DNA from: a virus
DNA: 64,000 bases
Reading direction: 5' to 3' (one strand)
Virus record (IMG/VR): IMGVR_UViG_3300008012_000022
Location: 29,369-93,368 of that record
The position numbers and the translations under genes were made by a program. Positions within the stretch are counted from its first letter, which is position 1; each line of letters opens with the position of its first letter. Of this stretch, positions 1 through 9,448 are shown piece by piece. Under the pieces are notes generated by a model. It saw only the letters and a program-made list of their open reading frames with translations, made no database searches and had not been told where the DNA came from.

Positions 1-165
1 TGTTTCTGGCGAGATTCCCTTTCGTCGTTTTACTGTCTCACCAGTAGCCTCATCAAACTCTTCAATAATATCGTTCTGCTCTCTCAGTTCAAGCTTAATC
101 GATACTTGATCTTCAAGAGGAAGGTGCTGGAGGACACGAGCAATTTTCCATGGCGTCAACTTCAT
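1..165 (-). CDS. hypothetical protein, runs off the left window edge
   Basis: Open frame from ATG at 165 (MKLTPWKIARVLQHLPLEDQ...), 6 nt downstream of a consensus TATAAT; absent from the ORF track. Confidence 0.7.
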   Translation of the reverse strand, partial: MKLTPWKIARVLQHLPLEDQVSIKLELREQNDIIEEFDEATGETVKRRKGISPET

Positions 166-170
166 ACCTC

Positions 171-198
171 ATTATAGCATGATCACGTCCCTTGTCAA
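171..198 (-). promoter_or_regulatory. sigma70-type promoter
   Basis: Minus strand TTGACA-N16-TATAAT (ttgaca agggacgtgatcatgc tataat). Confidence 0.75.
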
Positions 199-1295
199 GC
201 GAAACCTTCTTTTTCAGCACGTAAAAGCATCTTTTTATTGTAATCTAAGTGTTGAAATTTAGGACACCCTTCATAATATCGGCGCTTGACTACCTGACCA
301 TCTTGTGGTTCTGGTAAATCCGATGAGTCTATTGCCGTAGCTAAGATTTTTCCATCGTCGCTTAGAAGAACATAATAAAAATAAGCAAACTTGCATTCGC
401 AATACCACATGGGATCTCCATTAACCTTCTTCGCATCAGGGTGGTCAGCAGAAGTTTTGCCGTAGACACCACACTTCAACAGTCCAGCAAAACCGTGATA
501 CTTATCGACATAACCTTTGTCAGCAGCGAATTGTCTGGTAGCATCATGACGAGTAAAGTTATCTAAAGTATTTTGAATGTCAGTTAAGAAATGTTTGAAC
601 CCTTCAAGTTCAGCATCAGAAACGTCTGGTGTTTTAACAGAACCTTCATCAGGTCCAAACTGTAATAGATAAAATTCTGTCTCACGTTTAACCACATCAG
701 GATATAGATGAGCAACGGCTAACCGATACATTAAGTCCTGAGTGTTATCTTCAATATCTTTCTGACAGAATAAACGTTTATTTGATTTAAAGTCACGTAT
801 TAATGCACGAGTTTTATTTTTAAAAAGGAATAACTTATCAATGAAGCCGCGAATATGGTAACGAGTTTCACCGTCATCGTGCTCAATATCAAATGAAATT
901 TCATCTACTGACTCGTCAGGATTGACAGACTCACCAAAGAAATCATAGCGTAAACCAGAAAGGATCATGTTATTACAATGATCAATAGCCGCGATTTCTG
1001 ACTCACCATCACGTCTCTTAACTAACTCAGATGGATCACAACCATCTTTCTGTAAAAATTTCTCAACGTATCTATAAACCGCTGGTGAACCTGCTATGTC
1101 ACCCGCATCAAGGATAGCTTTGTAGTGATGTTTATGGCGCGGATTTCCTAAGCATTCAAAAACTCCGTGACAAGCCGAACCCATAGCCAAAGCTGGTGTT
1201 TTGGTCTGTGGTAATTTCAATATATAATTGCACCAGTATACCCAACTGCAATCCTGTAAGGTTTTGATTCGGCTAGCCGAAAGTTTAGTCATCAT
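195..1295 (-). CDS. PD-(D/E)XK exonuclease (RecB/AddB/Cas4-like)
   Basis: N-terminal LSASRIKTLQDC, GSACH, IRGFIDKL...IRDFKS, Q-x-x-x-Y-like DLMY, C-terminal cysteines. Confidence 0.8.
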   Translation of the reverse strand: MMTKLSASRIKTLQDCSWVYWCNYILKLPQTKTPALAMGSACHGVFECLGNPRHKHHYKAILDAGDIAGSPAVYRYVEKFLQKDGCDPSELVKRRDGESEIAAIDHCNNMILSGLRYDFFGESVNPDESVDEISFDIEHDDGETRYHIRGFIDKLFLFKNKTRALIRDFKSNKRLFCQKDIEDNTQDLMYRLAVAHLYPDVVKRETEFYLLQFGPDEGSVKTPDVSDAELEGFKHFLTDIQNTLDNFTRHDATRQFAADKGYVDKYHGFAGLLKCGVYGKTSADHPDAKKVNGDPMWYCECKFAYFYYVLLSDDGKILATAIDSSDLPEPQDGQVVKRRYYEGCPKFQHLDYNKKMLLRAEKEGFA

Positions 1296-2322
1296 AATGA
1301 AAGTGATACTCCTTTTTTAATTTGCTTAGGGTTGGAAGAAGAGTCTTCATAGGAGTAATCGTTTGAGTGCCACGGAGCAACAAAGCAATCTGCTTTTTAT
1401 GTTCCTCTTCGTCGTAGGTCACTCGAAAGTGGTCGGTAATTTTGTTACCTTTCATCTCACCGAAATCAACATGTTTGACTGGTGGCATGAACCACAGTTT
1501 CTTGAAATCAATCAATTGAAAAAGTTTTAGTAGGCTATTAATGCCCCCTTTTACACCCTCGTTTTGAGCTAATGGTTTTTGATGGTCGTTATTGAATGCA
1601 ACGACCACATCTACATTAAGGGCGGCGAGTCTTGCCACAAGTCGCGGCGAAATACTGTTAGTAAATGCAACTATATTATTTGGAAATCCAGCTTGATACA
1701 GGGCCATTGAATCACCAATGGACTCGACAAGAATCAAATACCCACGTTCACGAATAGATTCACGACATTCATTTACCGTATAGTAAGGGTATAGCCAATT
1801 ATTTGCTTTGCCATTATGTAACCACTTAATACGTGAGCGACCAGTAATATCACGCCCCGAAAACCCATGGATCTTACCATCTTTATTTCGGATAGGAAAT
1901 ACTACACGGTTATATAAACTCCCCTTAGTCGCTACACCAGCAGAATAAGCTTTTTGCGTTGCGGCTGTAATGGAAGCATCCTTTTCTTTATGCAAAAAGA
2001 AATCGTAGTCTGGTAGCAATCGCCCCAAACAATCATCGGGAAATGTTTTTTCTTCGCTCAAAAATTGCCGCCTTTCATATCGTAACTGTTCTAGCTCAAA
2101 CTGAGAAACGTCTTCTTTCCCTGTTGTTTTCTGTAACAGTTTTTTAAAGCTTTGCGCTTTACCGTCACCATCAACGAAGTCAATCCAGACACCCGAATTT
2201 TTGTAAATCTTGAGTGCCGTTGGATTGTCACCGTGTCTGAACACAGCGGCAGTCTGCCAGTAGTCGCCGCGATTATGTAGTTTGTATCCGAGGTTGACTA
2301 AAATTGTATAGTAGTCACTCAT
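1285..2322 (-). CDS. DNA primase (DnaG-like, TOPRIM)
   Basis: RVVFPIRNKDGKIHGFSGR and LILVESIGDSMALYQAG; start moved to MSDYY (ATGA overlap with upstream gene). Confidence 0.85.
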   Translation of the reverse strand: MSDYYTILVNLGYKLHNRGDYWQTAAVFRHGDNPTALKIYKNSGVWIDFVDGDGKAQSFKKLLQKTTGKEDVSQFELEQLRYERRQFLSEEKTFPDDCLGRLLPDYDFFLHKEKDASITAATQKAYSAGVATKGSLYNRVVFPIRNKDGKIHGFSGRDITGRSRIKWLHNGKANNWLYPYYTVNECRESIRERGYLILVESIGDSMALYQAGFPNNIVAFTNSISPRLVARLAALNVDVVVAFNNDHQKPLAQNEGVKGGINSLLKLFQLIDFKKLWFMPPVKHVDFGEMKGNKITDHFRVTYDEEEHKKQIALLLRGTQTITPMKTLLPTLSKLKKEYHFHYDD

Positions 2323-3095
2323 AGTGCAAGCAAGTCGCACACCTGTCCCTCCCCTTTCAATTCAATAGTATAGGGAGCATCATGCTCAGACTTAACGTAA
2401 ATTTGAGAAGTTAACTCGTGTCGTTCATTGCGTCTACCTCGTGGTGACATACCACAATAAAACAAACCATTGTCCCATGCCAAACCACGAGACATAAACT
2501 TTTCTGGATCACCTATCTGTATAGTAGACAGGCATCGATTTAGACTAGTAGAAAATTCCTTGACTGTACACTCGTTTGAACTACACACCCATATCGAACC
2601 TTGATGTGGTTTGATAGTATGGATTCCATCTGCCTGCTCTAGTTTGTCAAACAGAATTTCACCGCTACTATGCTGGCGATACAGCTTGTTATTTGTCAAC
2701 CCTGCAATGTAAAAACAGTTTTGATAAAATTCGATTGTGTTAATGTGTGGATGGGAACCCAACCAGTCTTCGGTTTTAACATTCTCGTTATCGATGTCGA
2801 AACTTACTACTCGTTTATGTGCTGTGTCCGTAAGGTATACGCGCCGATTTACGTAAGCAATACCATGAACATCACCAACCGTTGGCACCGTCCACTTCTC
2901 ACGTAGTTGTAGATTGTGTTCCTTGTTGAAACAATAATGGTATAGAATTGTAGCTGAGTCATGATGGCGACTTGCCACCAGAAATCCGTCGCCAGTTTTG
3001 GCGAGTCCATAATATAATCCGTTGTCCTGATCAAGTGTCTCAATTGTAATGCCCTCGATCTTCAATACTTTATTTGATGTTGTAGCTATGACCAT
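2319..3095 (-). CDS. putative beta-propeller protein (DUF4915/TIGR03032-like)
   Basis: Repeated blade-like motifs GDVHGIAY, PHINTI, GIHTI, SRGLAW. Confidence 0.5.
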   Translation of the reverse strand: MVIATTSNKVLKIEGITIETLDQDNGLYYGLAKTGDGFLVASRHHDSATILYHYCFNKEHNLQLREKWTVPTVGDVHGIAYVNRRVYLTDTAHKRVVSFDIDNENVKTEDWLGSHPHINTIEFYQNCFYIAGLTNNKLYRQHSSGEILFDKLEQADGIHTIKPHQGSIWVCSSNECTVKEFSTSLNRCLSTIQIGDPEKFMSRGLAWDNGLFYCGMSPRGRRNERHELTSQIYVKSEHDAPYTIELKGEGQVCDLLAL

Positions 3096-3111
3096 AACTT
3101 TTTTACTGTCC

Positions 3112-3318
3112 TCATGTTTTAACTTTTGGTTCTAGTCCGTCCTTTATTATACGGAATCCTTCAATTTCATCAGGTAAGGAACGATAAACTTTCATCGATC
3201 CCGCCTGATACCTTACATACAAAACTACCTCGTCTTCCCAATTGCCAACTCGAACGACAAGGCGTGAATGAAATTCTTGTAACCTTTCTTTCGCTATATC
3301 TACTGCCTGTGGTTTCAT
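3112..3318 (-). CDS. hypothetical protein
   Basis: 68-aa ORF co-oriented and tightly packed. Confidence 0.6.
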   Translation of the reverse strand: MKPQAVDIAKERLQEFHSRLVVRVGNWEDEVVLYVRYQAGSMKVYRSLPDEIEGFRIIKDGLEPKVKT

Positions 3319-3333
3319 CCACCCTTCGCCGCT

Positions 3334-3468
3334 TTACTTCTCTGTAGACTTTTTACGTATCGATCCCACGTGCGGTAATCTTTGCGCTTTCTTAGTGCTC
3401 GTTTCCACCCGTTTTTCCAAAAGCTGTAGTTTTCTCCACTCAAAATAAAATTGTGTTTCGTAGTGCAT
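3334..3468 (-). CDS. small basic hypothetical protein (44 aa)
   Basis: MHYETQFYFEWRKLQLLEKRV... fills the gap on the operon strand; below the ORF track cutoff. Confidence 0.4.
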   Translation of the reverse strand: MHYETQFYFEWRKLQLLEKRVETSTKKAQRLPHVGSIRKKSTEK

Positions 3469-3509
3469 AATAAAAGGTCCAGCCAACAGCTTTATGCCAT
3501 CAACCGGAC
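3469..3509 (-). terminator. hairpin with U tract, putative intrinsic terminator
   Basis: GUCCGGUUGAUGGC-AUAAA-GCUGUUGGCUGGAC then CUUUUAUU; the G:U pairs only form on the minus-strand RNA. Confidence 0.55.
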
Positions 3510-3527
3510 AGCCCCTATTACACTAAT

Positions 3528-3758
3528 TTACCACGTTTTAATCGCCGCTTCACTCCCCGTCTCTAAGAACTCTAAAAGTTCTTTCTTAGTAATATCGTTG
3601 GTTAACGACTCAAATAATTGCCCCAAAAGTTTGACGCTAAAACCTGTGTCTGCTATAATTTCCTCATCAATGTGTTTGATAAGCTCAAGAGTTTCATCTT
3701 CTGAAAGCTCACTTGCTGCCTCCAATACATCTACTTCAATTGTTACTGTTGCATTCAT
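3528..3758 (-). CDS. hypothetical protein
   Basis: 76-aa acidic ORF; ATGA overlap with helicase stop. Confidence 0.65.
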   Translation of the reverse strand: MNATVTIEVDVLEAASELSEDETLELIKHIDEEIIADTGFSVKLLGQLFESLTNDITKKELLEFLETGSEAAIKTW

Positions 3759-5299
3759 GCTAATTCATTTGGTAATTCTGATTCATCAGATTGTTGAGGT
3801 TGAACATCACGATTCTCAAGGTGATGCACGATGTCTCGAAAGTCACCACGATCTTCGAAACTAAAATTTTCAAAATTTAGGTTAATGAAATTCTTTCTTG
3901 CTGGTCCGTCTGGATGATCAACAGGATTAATATGTCCAGCAACATCTTCTCCTAAGTGCCGCGCCAACAAACCAATTAAGTTGTGTGTTCCGAATTGTTC
4001 GCCCCATCTACCACGTTCATCTTGAGTTTTCCACCTTAACATGAAAGACCACGAAGCAAATTGGGGGATTAAATCTGACAGCGCCATTGCCCCTTCATGC
4101 TCAAGGTCTTGAACGCTGTTAGCATCATGACCTGACGTGATACCCAAACGATTACATTGAACACTGGTTGCCATAGATACAACAGGCTCACCATCAAATT
4201 TTAAATCTTTGGTTATCACTCGCTTAAATCCGTCAAGAGTCTTGCCAACAAATGCCCAATCACTACCACGTCCGAGATTATCAAAATCAGTCTTGAGATA
4301 ATCAAATGAGAAAACAGCTTCCTCACCCCTACCTACATTCTCATAGTAGACACGCTTGAGAAGACTACACATTTCTTCACTTGATAATCCTGCTACATTC
4401 TCATATAAGATCTTTGTTTTCTTTATGCGACTCCATACGTCACGGACCCGTTGAAATACTTCTTCGGCACTCCAATCATTGTAGCTACGCTTGCGCCATG
4501 AACCATCCTCCAACATAAATTGTGGGATGCCTGACATACCACTAACCATACGAAACATCAATTCGCGCTCTGACATCTCCCCATTATCAAAATGAATGAT
4601 AGGAACCTGATGCGTATATGAAGTTTTCATCGCCATATCGATGAGGAAAGAAGTCTTACCAGCTTTTGATCGTGCCGCAAGACAGAAAATGTTTCCTCCG
4701 CGAAGAACACTACCATAAATACGGTTCATCGTCTCGTATGGAGAGGGAAACCCAATGTGTTCAGGTGGATTGTTGGCGATACCTTCGATAAAATCTTCAG
4801 CACGCTCCGATAGATTGACTGTAGTTTTTTCGCCGCCAGCTTCAAAAGATGAGATAGCATCATTGTGTATCTTATCTACAGACGACATTAACTCATTGTA
4901 TGGAGTCGAAGGATCTACCTTTTTGACAAACTTCTTTTGTTCTTCTGCAACGTTCCACATTGCTCGACGGAACGTTACCTTTTTCAATTCTTTGATTGAA
5001 GTTAAAAAGACATCAAGGGGTATCTCATAATAAATTAATGACCTGACATATTCTGGTAGGTCAATGTTATCTACAAAGGATGTTCCTAATTGTTTGAAGC
5101 GCCCAATTAATATTGTGTCATCAATTGCTTCGCTGTTGTTTAGCGCCGAACGTATCAGCTTAAACATAGATACGTGAACCTTACTATCCTCTGAGTAGAA
5201 GTCGTCTTCTACGAGAAGTGTTGCTATCTGCCCCCACGTTTCCTGATGCTGTAGTAATCCACTCAGCACCTTCTTTTCTAGATCAAGTTCTTTAATCAT
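3755..5299 (-). CDS. dnaB: replicative DNA helicase, DnaB family
   Basis: N-terminal LEKKVLSGLL...EDDFY, Walker A AARSKAGKTS, NGEMS, FDYLK, SVQCNR; start at MIKEL. Confidence 0.9.
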   Translation of the reverse strand: MIKELDLEKKVLSGLLQHQETWGQIATLLVEDDFYSEDSKVHVSMFKLIRSALNNSEAIDDTILIGRFKQLGTSFVDNIDLPEYVRSLIYYEIPLDVFLTSIKELKKVTFRRAMWNVAEEQKKFVKKVDPSTPYNELMSSVDKIHNDAISSFEAGGEKTTVNLSERAEDFIEGIANNPPEHIGFPSPYETMNRIYGSVLRGGNIFCLAARSKAGKTSFLIDMAMKTSYTHQVPIIHFDNGEMSERELMFRMVSGMSGIPQFMLEDGSWRKRSYNDWSAEEVFQRVRDVWSRIKKTKILYENVAGLSSEEMCSLLKRVYYENVGRGEEAVFSFDYLKTDFDNLGRGSDWAFVGKTLDGFKRVITKDLKFDGEPVVSMATSVQCNRLGITSGHDANSVQDLEHEGAMALSDLIPQFASWSFMLRWKTQDERGRWGEQFGTHNLIGLLARHLGEDVAGHINPVDHPDGPARKNFINLNFENFSFEDRGDFRDIVHHLENRDVQPQQSDESELPNELA

Positions 5300-5720
5300 C
5301 TTCTTCCTCTTCTTCCCCGTAATTGTGATACGTATCACTTACGCAGCTTGATATAGCACAATACGTAGCTTCATCTTGATACTTTTCATAATAGACTGGC
5401 TTGCCATTTTCATTAATATAGAAGAAAAGGAAACCTTTGTTGTTACCATAAACGTCACCTGTTGAATGAAACAAGTTTTCCAATAAGGCGAGTGGATTAT
5501 CATCTTCATAATCCTCATCGGGGTAGAATTCGATGATTGATATTATTGCTAGCCGAGTTGCAGTATTGACTGGTCTAGCCACACAATTAGGAATACCATC
5601 ACGACCAATAAAAAATAAAAAGAAACCTTTGTTACCACCACGGGAGTTTCCCGTAGCATCAAATAGTTTTGTAAGTAAACTGTCGGGAACACCAGTTTGG
5701 GGCAATCTTTCTTTGTCCAT
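5292..5720 (-). CDS. hypothetical protein with internal tandem duplication
   Basis: Two copies of LL..LF..TG...GNKGF..F.I...G.P. Confidence 0.7.
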   Translation of the reverse strand: MDKERLPQTGVPDSLLTKLFDATGNSRGGNKGFFLFFIGRDGIPNCVARPVNTATRLAIISIIEFYPDEDYEDDNPLALLENLFHSTGDVYGNNKGFLFFYINENGKPVYYEKYQDEATYCAISSCVSDTYHNYGEEEEEDD

Positions 5721-5746
5721 ATTTCTGCTTAAGAATCAAGTTACCA

Positions 5747-6157
5747 CTACTTTTCATAATCGTCAAGTATTTTTTGCACACTTTCAGATAAATCCTCTCC
5801 CTCGTAGATACGATACAGCTTGATACCATTGTCTTCGCAGAAAATTTCCTTCTTATCATCTCGTTTGAGTTGATCTAGAAAGTTCATTCTGTTACCCCTG
5901 TGAAAGAATTTATTAAATTCGATGTGTTGTTTGCCATCGACTTCTATCGCCACCTCCTGAGTGGCGTTGTAGAAGTCGATGGTCATCCTCGTTCCAACAA
6001 CAGGAAATTCTTCGAAAACTCTATCGCCGCGCCAAACTTCTTTTAAGATTTGTTTGACAGAAGCTTGTAGTTTACTGCGCGATTTAGCGTCCCAATCCAC
6101 CACATATTTAGATGAATTGACTTTTATTTTTCTGCCAGTCGCGCTTAGGAAAATCAT
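5747..6157 (-). CDS. Vsr/DUF559-like endonuclease
   Basis: IDFY...AIEVDGKQH...RDDKKEIFCEDNGIKLYRI. Confidence 0.8.
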   Translation of the reverse strand: MIFLSATGRKIKVNSSKYVVDWDAKSRSKLQASVKQILKEVWRGDRVFEEFPVVGTRMTIDFYNATQEVAIEVDGKQHIEFNKFFHRGNRMNFLDQLKRDDKKEIFCEDNGIKLYRIYEGEDLSESVQKILDDYEK

Positions 6158-7287
6158 AGTTTATCTAAAATGTTTGTGTCAACAAAGTCCGATAGCTTAT
6201 TACACAAGTCTTTGTCTTCTTCGACAACAGTATACCATTTTTCTATACCCTGAATATTTAGAGGCTTGTCTTCACCTAAGTAGCTAGTCACGGAATCATC
6301 TGTCTTGATCCACGAACCCTTTTTAATTAAATATCCCCATGCTAAAAGTAAATCAATAATTTCGCGCTCATTCCAGATCGCAGACTGACCAACCCTACCA
6401 AACTTAATAGGATATTTGGCTTGCAACTGAGTAGTTTCATTAGTCGATTTACAGATACGAATACCTACATTTCTTCCCCATGGTTTATTCTCTGGTCCAA
6501 TCTGCCCCTTCATATCGGGACGAAAGTAATCACCTTGATTGGGGCGCATAAATTCAATCACCCAATTGGGATAGTGCACAGCCGCATTACCACCTGATGC
6601 GCCACCGAGTTTGTTTCTGTCCTTCGGATCATACTGACTGGTCTTGATCTCTGCTCGTACCTGTGCCATCATAATACATAGATGTCCGAACTCTCCGAGA
6701 TATAGATTTGTGCGCTTAAGAAAATCACCTGTCATGACAGCACCACCCGCGACTTTCGGTGCATCACCTGTAGACTTTTCAAGATCCTCTTTGCGAATCA
6801 GTCCGTCCATGGAATCAACGAGAATACAGTAGCGGGTTTTGTTTTCTCTGTCTGTAATGAGCGCACGTAATAGGTCGAATACCACCTCATATACATTACA
6901 TTTAAACACCCAACACATTCCCTCTTCCCACTCTTCGGGGTCGTCTGTGAACTTAGTATTCACACGTGCGGTCATGTTCTCATCTAAGCGACCTTCTGCT
7001 TTGATGAGTATTCCCTTTGAATTGGGAACTGTAGCTAGAAAATTCTCTTGAACCTCTAAAGCTTCAGCGGTTTTGCCCGTCTCAGTTGGTCCAACAAACC
7101 TCACTAAACCACTGCCGAAACCACCATCTATCAACTTGTCGAAAATCTTCGAACCTGTTGAAATTTTATAGTCACCACGAAATTCTTCACCATTCAGGTG
7201 ATATTTTTTAATATCTTTCGTAGCTATATAGTTTTTTACATATCGTTGATCAAAATCTAATTCGTCTTCTTCTTCTTTTTTACTCAT
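6154..7287 (-). CDS. recA: RecA/UvsX-like recombinase
   Basis: ISTGSKIFD...GG, Walker A GPTETGKT, ILVDSM, AQVR, SGGNA. Confidence 0.85.
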   Translation of the reverse strand: MSKKEEEDELDFDQRYVKNYIATKDIKKYHLNGEEFRGDYKISTGSKIFDKLIDGGFGSGLVRFVGPTETGKTAEALEVQENFLATVPNSKGILIKAEGRLDENMTARVNTKFTDDPEEWEEGMCWVFKCNVYEVVFDLLRALITDRENKTRYCILVDSMDGLIRKEDLEKSTGDAPKVAGGAVMTGDFLKRTNLYLGEFGHLCIMMAQVRAEIKTSQYDPKDRNKLGGASGGNAAVHYPNWVIEFMRPNQGDYFRPDMKGQIGPENKPWGRNVGIRICKSTNETTQLQAKYPIKFGRVGQSAIWNEREIIDLLLAWGYLIKKGSWIKTDDSVTSYLGEDKPLNIQGIEKWYTVVEEDKDLCNKLSDFVDTNILDKL

Positions 7288-7651
7288 TGAGGAACTGTCT
7301 TAAGGATGGGATGGCTTTGACATCTTTATCCTCACCGATCTTTTCCTCTTGCTCGACAGACTCAATTGTTTTGGGTTTGAAATTGAACTTGTTCAACTCC
7401 GTTTCTAAATAAGCTTTTCCTTTCTCTCCTAAAAAGTAACACACACTATTCATATTCTTAAATGCTGGTGCCACTTTATTGAGAAATTCAATAGGATATC
7501 TTAGTTCCTTTGGCGTTTTTGATTTGTGATCAACAAAGAAAATTTTCTTTGTATGACCCATCTCTACACGCCATTGGATTTTTGAATGATCAGGAATCAT
7601 TCGACCCAAAAAGTCTTTCCGCTCTTGAAAATAAGTCGGTGGTTTAGCCAT
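7280..7651 (-). CDS. hypothetical protein
   Basis: 123-aa ORF overlapping neighbours. Confidence 0.7.
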   Translation of the reverse strand: MAKPPTYFQERKDFLGRMIPDHSKIQWRVEMGHTKKIFFVDHKSKTPKELRYPIEFLNKVAPAFKNMNSVCYFLGEKGKAYLETELNKFNFKPKTIESVEQEEKIGEDKDVKAIPSLRQFLNE

Positions 7652-7907
7652 AACTTTCTAAACTAAGATATGTTCTTTCGTGAATAATTTTAATCGGAAT
7701 ATCAAAAAAAGTTGGAAAAGGGACTCCAATCAATCCCAACCCCTCTAACTCTGCTGTTCCTAAATGAAGCTCTTTAACTAACGCTGAAATAGGATAGTTT
7801 TTAAGAACAAAATTCGCACTAGCCAGACTGCGGCGATAAGAAACAAGAAAATCAATGATGCGATCAGCAACGCTAAAGTCCTTGACGTTTAATTTCGTTG
7901 TGATCAT
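7644..7907 (-). CDS. hypothetical protein
   Basis: 87-aa ORF filling the gap. Confidence 0.5.
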   Translation of the reverse strand: MITTKLNVKDFSVADRIIDFLVSYRRSLASANFVLKNYPISALVKELHLGTAELEGLGLIGVPFPTFFDIPIKIIHERTYLSLESYG

Positions 7908-8997
7908 GTTGAACCATCTTACTTACTAATCCCTGAAAGTCAAGTAGGGGTTGCCAATTTAAATCTTCTCTTGCTGGAATTGAATCGCCCCAAAGTAATT
8001 CAACTTCATTGGGTCGCCAAAATTCAGGATTTACCTTTACAAATGTATCTGTAATACCTGTGCGAGTAACACGAAACGTTTCCTTCTGTCCCTTGCCGTG
8101 CCACTTACCTTCTATACCTAATTCCTTGAACGACAATTCAACAAATTCACGAATAGTATGAGTCTCATCACTAGCAAGAACATAATCTTTGGCATGGCGA
8201 TTATCGAATTCATAAACGCGCCCAACAGTATATGCTTCTTCACATCCATGAGCACTAGAAAAAGACTTGTCTTGATTTAACATGCGCCAAATTCCATCCA
8301 TGAAATCCATGCTATCACTCCAGTCTCGCTTAACTCCGAGATTACCTAATTCAAGTGGTGTAATAGGAACACCTCTATCTAGTTGATGTCTGATGCGTGC
8401 CACAGCTTTAGAAATCTTTCGTGTCACGAATTCTTCTCCCCGTCTAACTCCCTCGTGATTGAATAACAATCCTTGAACGGCATAAATGCCATAAGATTCG
8501 CGCCAGACTTTTACCATGTGATGCGCCGAACATTTTGATATACCATATGGTGATCGTGGTCGGAACGGATGAGCTATATCTTGTGGTGAATATTTTACGT
8601 CACCAAATTGTTCGCTTGATCCTGCATTATAGTAACGACAGTCTGGTGCATGACGCCTGATTGCCTCCAGTTGATACATGACAGGCATAGCATTGTTCAT
8701 CATGTGTTGCACTGGCATCTTCCAACTCGTGCCGACAAAACTATTCGCCGCAAAGTTGATAAAGTAATCAGGTTCTTCTTCCTGTATGATAAGGTTAGTA
8801 TTTATTTGATCTGTAACGTCAAGGTCTATCAGCTTGAACCGTGGCTCATCTTTTAGATGTTCAATGTTTTCGTGATTCTTGACAGATAGTCGGCGCACTC
8901 CACCTACTACTGTATCATCAGTATGCTTAAGCAGGTAGTCAACCATATTGCTACCATCTTGCCCTGTTACTCCTGTAATTAAAATTTTCTTACTCAT
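7873..8997 (-). CDS. gmd: GDP-mannose 4,6-dehydratase
   Basis: ITGVTGQDGS, FRPRSPYGISK, LFNHE, FVTRKI, LGNL...RDW, RPNEVELLWGD; start at MSKKIL. Confidence 0.95.
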   Translation of the reverse strand: MSKKILITGVTGQDGSNMVDYLLKHTDDTVVGGVRRLSVKNHENIEHLKDEPRFKLIDLDVTDQINTNLIIQEEEPDYFINFAANSFVGTSWKMPVQHMMNNAMPVMYQLEAIRRHAPDCRYYNAGSSEQFGDVKYSPQDIAHPFRPRSPYGISKCSAHHMVKVWRESYGIYAVQGLLFNHEGVRRGEEFVTRKISKAVARIRHQLDRGVPITPLELGNLGVKRDWSDSMDFMDGIWRMLNQDKSFSSAHGCEEAYTVGRVYEFDNRHAKDYVLASDETHTIREFVELSFKELGIEGKWHGKGQKETFRVTRTGITDTFVKVNPEFWRPNEVELLWGDSIPAREDLNWQPLLDFQGLVSKMVQHDHNEIKRQGL

Positions 8998-9140
8998 TAT
9001 ACAAAAATAAACACTCCGAGAAATATCCCCACTACAAGGCTCTGCACAAGACCTTGCCACCACTCGTCACTAGTATTAAATAATACAAGATAAATAGGTA
9101 CTGTTAACGCTAGTTGCTGCCAATAAGTAACTTCAATCAT
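8997..9140 (-). CDS. small two-TM membrane protein (47 aa)
   Basis: MIEVTYWQQLALTVPIYLVLFNTSDEWWQGLVQSLVVGIFLGVFIFV; ATGA and TAATG overlaps at both ends; absent from the ORF track. Confidence 0.7.
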   Translation of the reverse strand: MIEVTYWQQLALTVPIYLVLFNTSDEWWQGLVQSLVVGIFLGVFIFV

Positions 9141-9448
9141 CGAATAAGTTCCCCCATAATAAATGTGTCAGGTCCACAACGTGTAGTATTGACAGCCTCT
9201 TGAATATCCAGAATAATTTGCTCCAACAAAATACCTTGATCTAACTTTATTTGGACTTCGTTGCGGTCCTTATCTGCTTGCGCCCACCGAACACCTTCGA
9301 CACGGAACACAGCTAGTTCTACTGCTGACTCACAGTTGCCACAACCCATACCTTCAATAGCTATGACTCGTGCATCTGCTGGATATTCTACTTTTTCGGC
9401 GCACCCAATTAGTGCTACTGCCGCTATGATTGATAGTAATAATTTCAT
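9137..9448 (-). CDS. heavy-metal-associated (HMA; CopZ/MerP-like) lipoprotein
   Basis: Signal peptide with lipobox ALIG-C; IEGMGCGNC metal motif; VEGV. Confidence 0.8.
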   Translation of the reverse strand: MKLLLSIIAAVALIGCAEKVEYPADARVIAIEGMGCGNCESAVELAVFRVEGVRWAQADKDRNEVQIKLDQGILLEQIILDIQEAVNTTRCGPDTFIMGELIR

